Shown in pieces: positions 1 through 9,233 of a DNA stretch of 39,579 nucleotides. Below the pieces are notes generated by a model. The model did not search any database, was not told where the DNA came from, and saw only the letters and a list, made by a program, of their open reading frames with translations. The stretch's first letter is position 1. Every line of letters begins with the position of its first letter. Position numbers and translations under genes: made by a program. The DNA comes from a virus (taxonomy: Duplodnaviria; Caudoviricetes), in the IMG/VR virus record IMGVR_UViG_3300033076_000575, positions 1-39,579 of that record. The stretch is one strand, 5' to 3'.

Positions 1-2
1 CG

Positions 3-143
3 ATACACCACACCAAAGGTCGTGGTCACTATTACCTTGATAAATCCACCTGGATACCCCTTTGCCTGGCGTGTCATGAAGCGGTTCATAACATGAGTGC
101 TGAAGAAGCTATATCTCTGGGTTTAAAATCAACTAGATATTAA
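3..143 (+). CDS. HNH endonuclease, C-terminal fragment (gene begins before the window)
   Basis: Not in the ORF track. Frame 3 reads IHHTKGRGHYYLDKSTWIPLCLACHEAVHNMSAEEAISLGLKSTRY*, with the HH...LCxxCH...H pattern of HNH nucleases. TAA at 141-143. Confidence 0.75.
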   Translation: MHHTKGRGHYYLDKSTWIPLCLACHEAVHNMSAEEAISLGLKSTRY

Positions 144-192
144 TGTGTTTTTTGTCATATGTAAATTTTGTCACTATATTATAGTGAAAACT

Positions 193-1101
193 ATGGAAAC
201 AAAAAAATATTACACTTATATCCACATTAGACCTGACACACAGGAAGTATTCTACGTTGGTGTAGGTTCTGATTTTGAAGGTCGCTATGCTAGAGCTTAT
301 GAATTTGGCCCTGGTAAACGCAACAAGCTTTGGTGCAAAATCTGGTTAAAAAATCAAAAACAAGTGATTGTAAGAATCGTCAATGTTTTTGATAATGTAG
401 AGGATTGTTTATCTGAAGAAGTTTACCTGATCAAACATTATGGACGCATGAGTAATCAAACAGGCAAGCTCACCAATATATCTCAAGGTGGTGATAGAAA
501 AGCTGGAGATCCTCAAAAAGTTTCTCAATTTTCTAAAAGCGGTCAGTACATCACAACACATGATAACATTTTCATGGCAAGCAAATGCACTGATACGTCT
601 GTAAAAACAATTTATGCTGCCATATCAAAAAACAGACCTGCAAATGGCTTTTTTTGGAAGTTTTGCAATAGTGCTGAGGACGAAAAGTCAATCAGTGTTG
701 TTTTAAAAACACGCCGTGCTAAAAAAGTTTTTGCTTTTACAACAGAATGTGAGTGTGTAAAACAATTTCCTTCTGTGCACTCTGCAGGGGTAGAACTTGC
801 GGTAAGTCCTGCTTCAATTTTTAAAAATTTAGCAGGTAAAAGACCAACTGCAGGTGGCTACATTTGGACCTATGACAAAAATGATTGTAAAAAACCTCAG
901 TCAAATAAAAAAACTGTCTTTCAATATGACATGAATGGCAATCTAATAAGGCAATTTGATAGCCTAAGTGATGTCGTTAAGACCTTAGGCTTGTCTAGCA
1001 GTACTGCCATAAGAAACTGCTTTACAGGAAAGCAAAACCAAGCTTATGGTTACGTATGGAAAGAATCCAGAGAAATGTTTCTCTCTGACACAAAACATTA
1101 A
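193..1101 (+). CDS. GIY-YIG homing endonuclease with NUMOD1-type DNA-binding repeats
   Basis: N-terminal YYTYIHIRPD...FYVGVG...RA...E...LTN (GIY-YIG). Three C-terminal repeats of the type V.Q(F/Y)...G..I..F.S...A...I...G(F/Y).W. ATG at 193 is preferred over the track start at 145. Confidence 0.8.
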   Translation: METKKYYTYIHIRPDTQEVFYVGVGSDFEGRYARAYEFGPGKRNKLWCKIWLKNQKQVIVRIVNVFDNVEDCLSEEVYLIKHYGRMSNQTGKLTNISQGGDRKAGDPQKVSQFSKSGQYITTHDNIFMASKCTDTSVKTIYAAISKNRPANGFFWKFCNSAEDEKSISVVLKTRRAKKVFAFTTECECVKQFPSVHSAGVELAVSPASIFKNLAGKRPTAGGYIWTYDKNDCKKPQSNKKTVFQYDMNGNLIRQFDSLSDVVKTLGLSSSTAIRNCFTGKQNQAYGYVWKESREMFLSDTKH

Positions 1102-1119
1102 TCCTAAAAACAACAGAAG

Positions 1120-1446
1120 ATGAGTACATCACCAGGACCTTATGGGTCATTACACTTAGGCTATGGCAGTTTTGGCCAGGCCTTAGCAGCAATTAAAGAT
1201 GGTCACCGTGTAGCACGTGCTGGCTGGAATGGTAAAGGAATGTGGATTGCATATTCCCCAGGCTCTGAAGCTTTACCTGCATCAGGTTTCTGGAGTCCCG
1301 CAAACAAGAAGTTTGCTGAAGAAAACGGTGGTAGTGCAGAAGTACTTCCATGTATCACATTTAAAACAGCTGACAATAAGATCCTTATGGGATGGCTTGC
1401 CTCTCAGACAGACATGTTAGCAAACGACTGGACACTCATTGACTAA
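1120..1446 (+). CDS. DUF2829 / Tad2-like anti-defence nucleotide-sponge protein
   Basis: SFGQALAAIKDGHRVARAGWNGKGMWI...GWLASQTDMLANDW matches the DUF2829 signature, the family of Thoeris anti-defence 2. Confidence 0.8.
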   Translation: MSTSPGPYGSLHLGYGSFGQALAAIKDGHRVARAGWNGKGMWIAYSPGSEALPASGFWSPANKKFAEENGGSAEVLPCITFKTADNKILMGWLASQTDMLANDWTLID

Positions 1447-1456
1447 ACTTAAAGAC

Positions 1457-1720
1457 ATGAAAAAGTTCATTGGCTATCACATCCTGGGCGCTGGTTCATT
1501 TGAAGAGGCCCAGGCAGAAAAAGGTTTGCTCTTATGGAGTAAGGTAAAACCTTCCGGTATCAAACGTTTCTTTAACCGCGTGCTTCTTGGCATCTACTGG
1601 GTAGATAAAGAGCGCCTGTTTGAAGAAAAGGGTAAAACCACCCAAAGTACAAACAGTGACGTGGAGATGCTACGTCTTAAAAAAGCCAAACATGGAAAAG
1701 ACAACCACGTCAAAGCGTGA
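1457..1720 (+). CDS. hypothetical protein
   Basis: ATG at 1457 follows an A-rich spacer. Fills the gap between DUF2829 and the helicase in the same operon. Confidence 0.6.
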   Translation: MKKFIGYHILGAGSFEEAQAEKGLLLWSKVKPSGIKRFFNRVLLGIYWVDKERLFEEKGKTTQSTNSDVEMLRLKKAKHGKDNHVKA

Positions 1721-2804
1721 GTTGATACAGCAAACTGCCCTAGACGCAACCGCTTCTGTATTCAGAACTGGCTTGGGCATCTCAATGGGGGTTGGTAAAA
1801 CCCTCATTGGTTTGCGTCACATGGCCAGAGAGTATGCAGAAGGTAAACGAAAGTTCCTGGTGGTTGCTCCAAAGAAAGCCATATTTAAAAGCTGGCAGGA
1901 TGATGCTCATAAATTTGAGATGTCACACCTACTGGACTGTATCACATTCACTACCTACTTGTCACTGGGAAAACAAAGCATAGAATATGATGTCATCTAC
2001 CTGGATGAGTGTCACAGCTTGTTGTATTCCCATGACTTTTATTTGTCTATGTACTCAGGTAAGATCCTGGGACTAACAGGTACCCCACCCCGCTTTAGAA
2101 ATTCTGAGAAGGGTGAGATGGTCTATAAGTACTGTCCTATAGGGTACACCTACATCACTGACGATGCCGTGGATGATCAGATCCTCAATGACTACAAGAT
2201 CATTGTTCACCAGATCCCACTGTCTGAGACGAAGACTCATAAGGTAAAACGCAAAAATGGAGGATTCTTCATGACCTCTGAGCGGGAGAACTATAAGTAC
2301 TGGTCTGAGAAGATTGTTACCACTTTCAATTTCAAGCAGCAGCAAATGATGCGGATCATGCGGATGCAGGCTCTTATGAGCTTTGAGTCTAAAGAGAAGT
2401 ACGCAAAGTCCCTGCTGGGTATGATTGGTGAGAAATGCATTGTGTTTTGTAATAACACAGAACAGGCTGACCGGGTGTGTGAGCACAGTTACCATAGTAA
2501 GAACAAAGACAGTGAAGCAAACCTTGAGGCGTTTAAAGCTGGAGAGATTGAAGAACTGTCCTGTGTACAGCAGCTCAATGAAGGTGTAAACATTCCTGAT
2601 TTAAAGTTTGGGATCATCCTGCATTCCTACAGCAACGAGCGCAAAAGCTCTCAGCGTATTGGACGTCTATTGCGTTTGAACCCTGATGAAAAAGCTATAG
2701 TGCATGTGCTTGTGTATAAGAATACAGTAGATGAAGAGTGGGTCCAAGACGCACTGCGTGATCTGGATCCTGAGAAGATTGTTTATGTTGAACCAATGGT
2801 ATAG
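1692..2804 (+). CDS. superfamily 2 (DExH) helicase
   Basis: Walker A variant SMGVGKT, LDECH, GLTGTP, LNEGVNIP and QRIGRLLR. ATG at 1692. Confidence 0.9.
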   Translation: MEKTTTSKRELIQQTALDATASVFRTGLGISMGVGKTLIGLRHMAREYAEGKRKFLVVAPKKAIFKSWQDDAHKFEMSHLLDCITFTTYLSLGKQSIEYDVIYLDECHSLLYSHDFYLSMYSGKILGLTGTPPRFRNSEKGEMVYKYCPIGYTYITDDAVDDQILNDYKIIVHQIPLSETKTHKVKRKNGGFFMTSERENYKYWSEKIVTTFNFKQQQMMRIMRMQALMSFESKEKYAKSLLGMIGEKCIVFCNNTEQADRVCEHSYHSKNKDSEANLEAFKAGEIEELSCVQQLNEGVNIPDLKFGIILHSYSNERKSSQRIGRLLRLNPDEKAIVHVLVYKNTVDEEWVQDALRDLDPEKIVYVEPMV

Positions 2805-2806
2805 TC

Positions 2807-3199
2807 ATGCACAATACAACAGTAAACTTTATCAAGAAAGACGGGCAGCTAATACCAGCATCTGAGGGTGATGCTGCTAAGTTTAAACTTTACGCAATGA
2901 GTGTAAAGGAAGGAGACAGTGTAGAAGTTTACATGTCTTTGCTTCAGAATAATGACAAAACTCTTGGTCAGTTGGCCAAGGTCCATGCGCTGGTGCGCGA
3001 ACTTTCCAACTTTACAGGTCACACTTTTGATGAAATGAAAGCTGAGATAAAAGAAAGAGCGGGGCTGTATGTTATAACAGGCACCCGCCCTAGCGATCGT
3101 CAGTACAAAAGTTTTGCTGAATGCAGTAAAGATGAGATCTCCCGTGCTATTGAGACCTGTATTGAAATAGGTCACATGCTGGGATGCAATCTCTACTGA
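2807..3199 (+). CDS. hypothetical protein, possibly NinB/DUF1367-like
   Basis: Clear operonic ORF. The pattern KTLGQ...HALVRELSNFTGHTFDEMK...KSFAECSKDEIS..IE loosely resembles NinB-like proteins. Confidence 0.5.
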   Translation: MHNTTVNFIKKDGQLIPASEGDAAKFKLYAMSVKEGDSVEVYMSLLQNNDKTLGQLAKVHALVRELSNFTGHTFDEMKAEIKERAGLYVITGTRPSDRQYKSFAECSKDEISRAIETCIEIGHMLGCNLY

Positions 3200-3519
3200 T
3201 CTTCTTTCAACATTTCTTGGGCCTCTGTAATGCTTACCATTTTAGTAAACCCTTTGTCTTTTGCTTTTTGCTCAAACTCTCTGCAGAGAATAAGCAGTGT
3301 CTCGTAATGGGACACCCATTGTTCTGTGATAGTTTGGGTACTGATTTGTTCATGTGCTTTAGAGATATCCTCTGCGGATTTCCCATCAAGCAAGAACGTC
3401 AACAAGTGCTGGATCTTTTGATAGTACCCAGTACTCATTGGAATTTCCACGACAGCCTCTGGAACAATAAGTTCAATTTGTTCTGCAGTGCCGTTGTTGT
3501 CTAAGGTGTTTTCACTCAT
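3193..3519 (-). CDS. acidic hypothetical protein, divergent from UDG
   Basis: ATG start and protein-like composition. Exactly fills the gap between two + genes and has a TAAATTTG promoter element just upstream on the minus strand. Confidence 0.7.
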   Translation of the reverse strand: MSENTLDNNGTAEQIELIVPEAVVEIPMSTGYYQKIQHLLTFLLDGKSAEDISKAHEQISTQTITEQWVSHYETLLILCREFEQKAKDKGFTKMVSITEAQEMLKEDQ

Positions 3520-3532
3520 GGCTTGTATTATT

Positions 3533-3570
3533 GGTCTACAAATTTAACAGTTCTAAACAAGTTCTACAAA
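3533..3570 (-). promoter_or_regulatory. Bacteroidota-type -7 element (TAAATTTG at 3539-3546, minus strand) with GTTCTACAA-like boxes
   Basis: GGTCTACAAA at 3533, GTTCTAAAC at 3550 and GTTCTACAAA at 3561. TAnnTTTG consensus on the minus strand. Confidence 0.6.
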
Positions 3571-3576
3571 GTAATT

Positions 3577-4311
3577 ATGGAAAAAGTTCAAACACCAAAT
3601 ATTGATATAAATCAGGCAGTCCAAAAATTACAGGATATGCTGCGTGATTCTGGATGGCAGTCTTTGTTGAAGTCTTTTATGGTTTCTGAAGATTTTTCTC
3701 AAACAATAACATCACTGGCTGGCCAAGTCAGTGATGGTAAAAGATTTACTCCACCGCTAAAACAAGTGTTCCGCGCCTTTCAGGAATGCCCTGTAAAGGA
3801 CATCAAGGTTGTTGTGATTGGCCAGGATCCTTATCCTCAAATGGGTGTAGCAGATGGTCTTGCTTTTAGCTGTGGTAACACCGGTAAAAGAGAGGCTTCT
3901 TTACGCTATATCCACAAGGCTATTGCCAGCACTGTTTACGCTGGGGAAAAGAAAGATTTTCAGGACCTAAATCCTGATCTTACGCCATGGGCTAACCAGG
4001 GTGTACTCTTGCTTAACACTTCGTTGACAACTGAGATTGGCAAGATTGGAAAACACTTTGATCTATGGAAGGCGTTTACAGCCTTTGTGATTGATATCCT
4101 GAGCAACTATGAAGAACCACTAGTGTGGGTATTCCTTGGTAAAAAAGCACAGGAGTATGCTGATCTTGTCAATGACAAGCACGTTCAACTTTTTGCATCG
4201 CATCCCGCGTCTGCTGCCTACAGTGGCCAGCAAGTCTGGGATTGCAATGATGTATTCAACCAGGTGAATGACCACCTGACTGCTATGGGCAAAGCGCCAA
4301 TAGCCTGGTAG
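3577..4311 (+). CDS. ung: uracil-DNA glycosylase, family 1
   Basis: VVVIGQDPY, ADGLAFS, WANQGVLLLNT and SHPAS motifs. ATG at 3577. Confidence 0.93.
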   Translation: MEKVQTPNIDINQAVQKLQDMLRDSGWQSLLKSFMVSEDFSQTITSLAGQVSDGKRFTPPLKQVFRAFQECPVKDIKVVVIGQDPYPQMGVADGLAFSCGNTGKREASLRYIHKAIASTVYAGEKKDFQDLNPDLTPWANQGVLLLNTSLTTEIGKIGKHFDLWKAFTAFVIDILSNYEEPLVWVFLGKKAQEYADLVNDKHVQLFASHPASAAYSGQQVWDCNDVFNQVNDHLTAMGKAPIAW

Positions 4312-4348
4312 AGCTGACCTCTACAAAAAGTCCAGTAAAAGATATGAA

Positions 4349-4379
4349 GTTCTACAAAATCTTTGTATCTTTACAGTCC
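4349..4379 (+). promoter_or_regulatory. conserved promoter element upstream of the DnaB-like helicase
   Basis: gttctacaaaatctttgtatctttacagtcc is 26/31 identical to 16950-16980 and contains the -7-like TATCTTTA. Confidence 0.65.
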
Positions 4380-4394
4380 TCATTTCACTTTCCT

Positions 4395-5438
4395 ATGACA
4401 GAACCAACCCCTTCAGCAGGCCCAAAATGGTCTGCTAAAAACGCAGAAGATATGGCAAGTTCAGCACTTAGTGGTGCTGCTGGTAAAAAGCCCTGGAAGC
4501 GTTATGGAGATATCATGCAGGAATCCCTGGTGTATCTCAAACGCAGAGCGGTAGGTGAAGTTAAATCCCTCAGAACACAATGGCCCAGCTTTAACTCTAT
4601 TGGCCTTAACGGTATAGAGTGGCAGTCCCTGTATGTGATTGCAGCAAGACCGGGTGTTGGTAAGACTTTGATCTCAGCTTCCCTTACCAGGGAATTACAG
4701 ACCATCAACAATGACCAGGATTTTGCCGTCCTGCATTTTCAGTTTGAAATGCTTGGGCGCAACATGGCCATTCGCGAATTCTCTGCAGCTGCTAACCTGA
4801 ACATTAGGTATATGCAGTCCGCTCAGGATGACGGTCTCCCTCCCCTACAGGCAGAACACCTGGAAAAGCTAAAGCAGTATGCTGATAAACAGCATGTCCG
4901 CCAGGAGTTCATTGTTGACAAAGCCATGAATGTGGCTCAAATGAGGGACGTGATCATAAACTTCCAGCGGGAAGTTGGTAAACCAGTAGTTATCACGTTA
5001 GACCACACGTTATTGGTCCAGCAGAATGCTTCTGAGACCAACAGGCAGCAAACGCTGCAGAACCTGGCAACCATGATGACAGAGATGAAGAACAAATTGC
5101 CGGTGACTTTCATTGTGCTGACACAGCTGAATCGTGACATAGATGACGCAGAACGTCAGCGCCCAGGTCAGTTGAGCAATTATCCTACAGAAGCAGACGT
5201 ATTTGGTAGTGACTACCTCTTACAATGTGCAGACGTGATGATTGCCTACAACAGACCGGCAAAGTACAACCTCGCCTTGTATGGTCCTCAACGGTATGAG
5301 ATCAATGATAAATACCTGCTGGCCATGCACGTCATCAAGAACCGTTTTGGTGAACCTTCTATCCAATGGTACCGGGCTCAGTATGAGACCATGTCTGTGA
5401 TAGAAGCGCCAACACCAAGGATGATTCCTAAAAAGTAA
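4395..5438 (+). CDS. DnaB-like replicative helicase (SF4 ATPase domain)
   Basis: AARPGVGKT, FQFEM, ITLDH, LTQLNR, QCADV and KNRFG motifs. ATG at 4395. Confidence 0.9.
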   Translation: MTEPTPSAGPKWSAKNAEDMASSALSGAAGKKPWKRYGDIMQESLVYLKRRAVGEVKSLRTQWPSFNSIGLNGIEWQSLYVIAARPGVGKTLISASLTRELQTINNDQDFAVLHFQFEMLGRNMAIREFSAAANLNIRYMQSAQDDGLPPLQAEHLEKLKQYADKQHVRQEFIVDKAMNVAQMRDVIINFQREVGKPVVITLDHTLLVQQNASETNRQQTLQNLATMMTEMKNKLPVTFIVLTQLNRDIDDAERQRPGQLSNYPTEADVFGSDYLLQCADVMIAYNRPAKYNLALYGPQRYEINDKYLLAMHVIKNRFGEPSIQWYRAQYETMSVIEAPTPRMIPKK

Positions 5439-5458
5439 AAATCTCAAATCGCTAGACC

Positions 5459-6079
5459 ATGAGTACAACCGCAGAAAAGCCAAAGAAGCATATCTCAGAG
5501 ATCACCTCTGAGTTCAAGCCTTTTTGGCAACCGTTATTCGACAACATGGGTGTGAACAACCCAACCTTTGGAGCCAAGCTTGGCTACCTGGGTAAAGAGT
5601 TCATGGAAGGAGGAAAGAGAGTACCTGCCGTGCGTTTCTTTCCAAATGAATTATCCAGTGGTAATGACTACTACCTGGAGCTTTATGACTGGGACCAGAA
5701 TTTTTATCATGCTGAAGCGCGTGTACTATACCGCCTGGCATTTGATCCTGACTGGAAAAACCAGACTGACAAATATGTGGAGGTGCCTTCAGACAAACTG
5801 CCGGTACCAACTTACGCTGTAAAGATCAGCGACCTGGAGATAGTTAATACTACTCCTGCAACTGCTAAGTATCCAGAAATGGCAGCTGAAAAAGGACTGA
5901 TTCCTGAACTACCTGGATTATTTGAAGAAGAGGAAGAGGACCTCTTTTCAGAGAAAGAAGATGATCACTACACAAAGATGACAGTGCGTGATCTCTACTG
6001 CATTATGCAGAACGTTCCTCTAAGCAACAAGAAATGGTTAAACACTTTAATTAACAAAGGACGAGAATGGAAGAAATAA
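5459..6079 (+). CDS. hypothetical protein
   Basis: 206-aa operonic ORF with an acidic linker. No recognised motif. Confidence 0.75.
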   Translation: MSTTAEKPKKHISEITSEFKPFWQPLFDNMGVNNPTFGAKLGYLGKEFMEGGKRVPAVRFFPNELSSGNDYYLELYDWDQNFYHAEARVLYRLAFDPDWKNQTDKYVEVPSDKLPVPTYAVKISDLEIVNTTPATAKYPEMAAEKGLIPELPGLFEEEEEDLFSEKEDDHYTKMTVRDLYCIMQNVPLSNKKWLNTLINKGREWKK

Positions 6080-6840
6080 AAGATCCAGCAACAGGGGTAA
6101 CCCTTCCTACAAATGTGGTGAAGGCAATTACCAAGTCTCCAAAGAACATGATCATCTTTTCCAAGCCAAAAGTGGGTAAGACTACCCTGCTTGCGACATT
6201 GGACAACTGCTTGATCATTGACCTGGAGTCAGGAACAGATTACGTGGATGCCTTAAAGATCAAGGCTACCAACGTAGGTGAATTGGCAAACATTGCAAGA
6301 GCAATTACCAACTCAGGAAAACCTTACAAGTACGTGGCTATTGATACTATCACAGCCCTGGAAGAGATGTGTATTCCTTATGCGGAGCAGCTTTATGCAA
6401 ACAGCCCTATGGGTAACAAATGGTTTACACCAGGTGGTGGTAAAGAGAAGCACGGGACTATCCTCAACCTTCCTAACGGTGCAGGCTATGCATGGTTAAG
6501 AAATGCTTTTGAGAACATGATTGGCATGCTCAAACCACTTGCTCCTCATGTGATCTTTGTAGGTCACGTCAAGGACACTTTACTGGAAAAGAATGGTGCA
6601 GAGTTCAACTCTATGGACCTTGACCTTACCGGTAAACTCAAGCGCATGACGGCTTCAGGTTCTGACGCTATTGGCTACCTGTACCGCAAAGGCAACAAGA
6701 ATATCCTCAGCTTTAAAACATCTGATGAGATTTCTTGTGGTGCTCGTCCTGAGCATTTACGCAACAAGGAGATCGTGGTCTCTGAGCTTGCAGAAGACGG
6801 AACAGTGACTACTCACTGGGATGAGGTCTTCATTGACTAA
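6067..6840 (+). CDS. AAA_24 / Sak4-like P-loop ATPase (putative recombinase)
   Basis: SKPKVGKTT, LIIDLESG, VAIDTIT, GAGY and FVGH motifs. Lies next to an SSB-like gene. Confidence 0.8.
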   Translation: MEEIKDPATGVTLPTNVVKAITKSPKNMIIFSKPKVGKTTLLATLDNCLIIDLESGTDYVDALKIKATNVGELANIARAITNSGKPYKYVAIDTITALEEMCIPYAEQLYANSPMGNKWFTPGGGKEKHGTILNLPNGAGYAWLRNAFENMIGMLKPLAPHVIFVGHVKDTLLEKNGAEFNSMDLDLTGKLKRMTASGSDAIGYLYRKGNKNILSFKTSDEISCGARPEHLRNKEIVVSELAEDGTVTTHWDEVFID

Positions 6841-6874
6841 GTAACTATTTCAAAAACAACACAAATTAAAAAGT

Positions 6875-7654
6875 ATGTTTAATTCTAAAAATTTCAACCC
6901 AAGCGCAGGCAGCAGCATGCCTAAGATCATGAACCCAGGTACTCACTATGCACGCATCGTTGACATGCGCCTGGATGCTCCACCATACAAAGCTGACAGC
7001 TACTTTGTAGTTCTTCAGTTGGAAGGTGTTGACCAGGGTGACAGCTTTGTTGGTTTACCTATTGACAAGACTAACCCAAGCCTTGGAAACTACCGTGGCC
7101 AGATTGCTAACGTGCGTTCTGGACGTTATTCGTTTTCTGACTACACCTATGACGGTCGCCAGATTACACGTGATGAGCAGATCTTCCGCTGGGTGAACAA
7201 CCTGGCTAAGCAAATGGGTGTTCTTGAGAAAATGAATGCTGACAACGTAGAAGCTGAGACCATTGAAGACTACGTGGCTATTGTACGCCGTTACCTGGTG
7301 AACCCAGAGCTTTGGGGTTACTTCACTATTGGTGGCCAGGAGTATTATACTGAAGGGTATGATCGTCCAAATTACCGTTTGATGTTCCCTAAACCAGAAG
7401 GTAAGTTGTTCCCGTTCTCTGCATTAGAGGATGAAGACCGCAAGCCTGCTAACCTTATTGCTTATGATGCTGCTAAGCACATCATTGCTGCCAAACAAGA
7501 TGAGCCTGCAGAAGCAGTAGCTGGATTTGGAGGCCAGGCAATGCCGGGTTTTGGTTCAATGCCGTCTACAGCACAACCAAGTTCAGCAACAAACCCAATG
7601 GATTTACTTGGAGGTAGTACACCATCTGCACCAGGTATTTTAGACCTACCATAA
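6875..7654 (+). CDS. putative single-stranded DNA-binding protein
   Basis: PGTHYARIVD N-terminus and a flexible low-complexity tail ending DLP. Follows the Sak4-like ATPase and precedes a terminator. Confidence 0.6.
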   Translation: MFNSKNFNPSAGSSMPKIMNPGTHYARIVDMRLDAPPYKADSYFVVLQLEGVDQGDSFVGLPIDKTNPSLGNYRGQIANVRSGRYSFSDYTYDGRQITRDEQIFRWVNNLAKQMGVLEKMNADNVEAETIEDYVAIVRRYLVNPELWGYFTIGGQEYYTEGYDRPNYRLMFPKPEGKLFPFSALEDEDRKPANLIAYDAAKHIIAAKQDEPAEAVAGFGGQAMPGFGSMPSTAQPSSATNPMDLLGGSTPSAPGILDLP

Positions 7655-7671
7655 ACCAACACACAAGAATC

Positions 7672-7702
7672 AGGGGGTGGCTCAGGTCATCCCCTTTTTT
7701 TT
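7672..7702 (+). terminator. intrinsic terminator
   Basis: agggggtggc-tcag-gtcatcccct hairpin followed by a T run. Confidence 0.75.
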
Positions 7703-7720
7703 GTCTTCAATGGATGAGAT

Positions 7721-8740
7721 ATGTTTTCAAGCAGAAATTTTATAGACAACGTACATGACATTCCCTCCGCCTGGATATTTGAAAACTATCTTGGTCTGTC
7801 TCAGCCATTGACTGGTCAAAGCGTAAGGATAAAATCTTTATTCAACCCGCATGACAAGACCCCATCTATGTATCTCTATTACAACAGGGACACTGGTGCC
7901 TACCGCTACAAGTGTTTCAGCACAGGTAAAGGAGGTACAGCAGTGGATCTGATGATGCATATGTGGACAATGAACTTTGCAGATACGTCTGCACGGTTAA
8001 TGCAAGACTACGCAGATTACCGCAAGAGTGGTAAGATGTGTGAGACGAAGATTGTGGAACATGCCAAGTGGAAGGTCAGTGACTATGAGACAAGAATGTG
8101 GACCAGGTCTGATGCAGAATTCTGGTCTGCCTATAATATCAGCAGTGACTTGCTGGAACTGTACAATGTGCGTCCGCTGGACCGCTATTACATGACAAAG
8201 AATGAGGCTGGAGAGTCTGAGGAATTTGTGGTGGCCGGGAAGCACATCTATGGCTATTTCACCAAAGAAGGCCAGCTGTACAAGATCTACCAACCTAAGA
8301 ACAAACGTCAAAAGTTCATCAAGATCTGTGACTATATTCAGGGTGAAGACCAGCTAGAGTACAAACAACCTACGCTGATCATAGCTTCTTCCCTGAAAGA
8401 CTGTCTGACAATCCGTTCTATGGGTCTCAGAGTAGAGGTGATCGCACCTGACAGTGAGAACACCATGCTTTCTGAGCAGTTCATAGATGAGATGAAGCAA
8501 ATATTTGACAACATTGTCACTTTATTTGACAGTGATGATGCCGGTGTAAGAGCTATGAAGGAGTACTATAACAAGTACCGCCTTCCTTTCTGTTACATCC
8601 CTCTGGAAAAGGATATCAGTGATATTGCCAAACATCATGGTATCCAGCGTGCTATGCAGGAACTGGTCCCCGTCCTCCACAGACAGATGGCCAAATACGA
8701 TTCTCTGCAAAATCCTAACAACAAGCACGTGATTTTGTAG
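7721..8740 (+). CDS. DNA primase (DnaG-like, Toprim)
   Basis: N-terminal SLFNPHDKTPSM...YKCFSTGKGG (degenerate zinc-binding domain). Toprim motifs SLKD, APDSE, LFDSDDAG and KDISD. Confidence 0.85.
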   Translation: MFSSRNFIDNVHDIPSAWIFENYLGLSQPLTGQSVRIKSLFNPHDKTPSMYLYYNRDTGAYRYKCFSTGKGGTAVDLMMHMWTMNFADTSARLMQDYADYRKSGKMCETKIVEHAKWKVSDYETRMWTRSDAEFWSAYNISSDLLELYNVRPLDRYYMTKNEAGESEEFVVAGKHIYGYFTKEGQLYKIYQPKNKRQKFIKICDYIQGEDQLEYKQPTLIIASSLKDCLTIRSMGLRVEVIAPDSENTMLSEQFIDEMKQIFDNIVTLFDSDDAGVRAMKEYYNKYRLPFCYIPLEKDISDIAKHHGIQRAMQELVPVLHRQMAKYDSLQNPNNKHVIL

Positions 8741-8763
8741 AACTTTATGTAAATTTGTAGAAC
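8734..8763 (+). promoter_or_regulatory. TAAATTTG promoter element with two TTTGTAGAAC direct repeats
   Basis: TTTGTAGAAC at 8734-8743 and 8754-8763 (20-bp spacing). TAAATTTG at 8750-8757. Confidence 0.65.
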
Positions 8764-8783
8764 TCACTTTTTACATCTGTCCT

Positions 8784-9233
8784 ATGAATCCCTGGATGCT
8801 CCAGAAAAAGGTCATTCGCTCAGTCGAAGACCTGCCCAACCATGAAGAGATCATTGGTTTTGTCTACCGCATTACCAACCTGAAGACTGGTAAATTTTAC
8901 ATTGGCAAAAAGAGTCTTTACCATGAGCGTAAGACTCGCATCTCCAAGAAGGAGAAAGCAGAAACAGGATCCCGCAAAACCTTTAAAAAGGTAGTCAAGG
9001 AATCAGACTGGATGACCTACCATGGTTCATCCATAGATCTGAAAGCTGACGTTGCCAGAATGGGTCCTGAAAATTTCAAACGAGAAATCCTGGAACTCTG
9101 CTGTACCAAAAAGTACTTGAACTATTGCGAGCTGGCACACCAGGTCAAGCATGACGTGCTGACCTCAAACAGCTACAATGGGAACATACTTGGCCGGTAC
9201 TATGGCAGAGATATGGATAACTGTAAATGTTAA
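8784..9233 (+). CDS. GIY-YIG endonuclease (T4 endonuclease II/Seg-like)
   Basis: GFVYRITNLKTGKFYIGKK, W.TYHGSS, FKREIL and YNGNI motifs. Confidence 0.85.
   Translation: MNPWMLQKKVIRSVEDLPNHEEIIGFVYRITNLKTGKFYIGKKSLYHERKTRISKKEKAETGSRKTFKKVVKESDWMTYHGSSIDLKADVARMGPENFKREILELCCTKKYLNYCELAHQVKHDVLTSNSYNGNILGRYYGRDMDNCKC

Noticed and set aside
145-1119. Group I intron housing the GIY-YIG gene
   Set aside because: The flanking genes appear complete with their own stop and start codons, and the spacers are too short for an intron core.
3184-3504. Plus-strand 106-aa ORF as the real gene in this gap
   Set aside because: Its composition is atypical (rich in Phe, Cys and Leu). The minus-strand ORF has a better composition and a promoter element.
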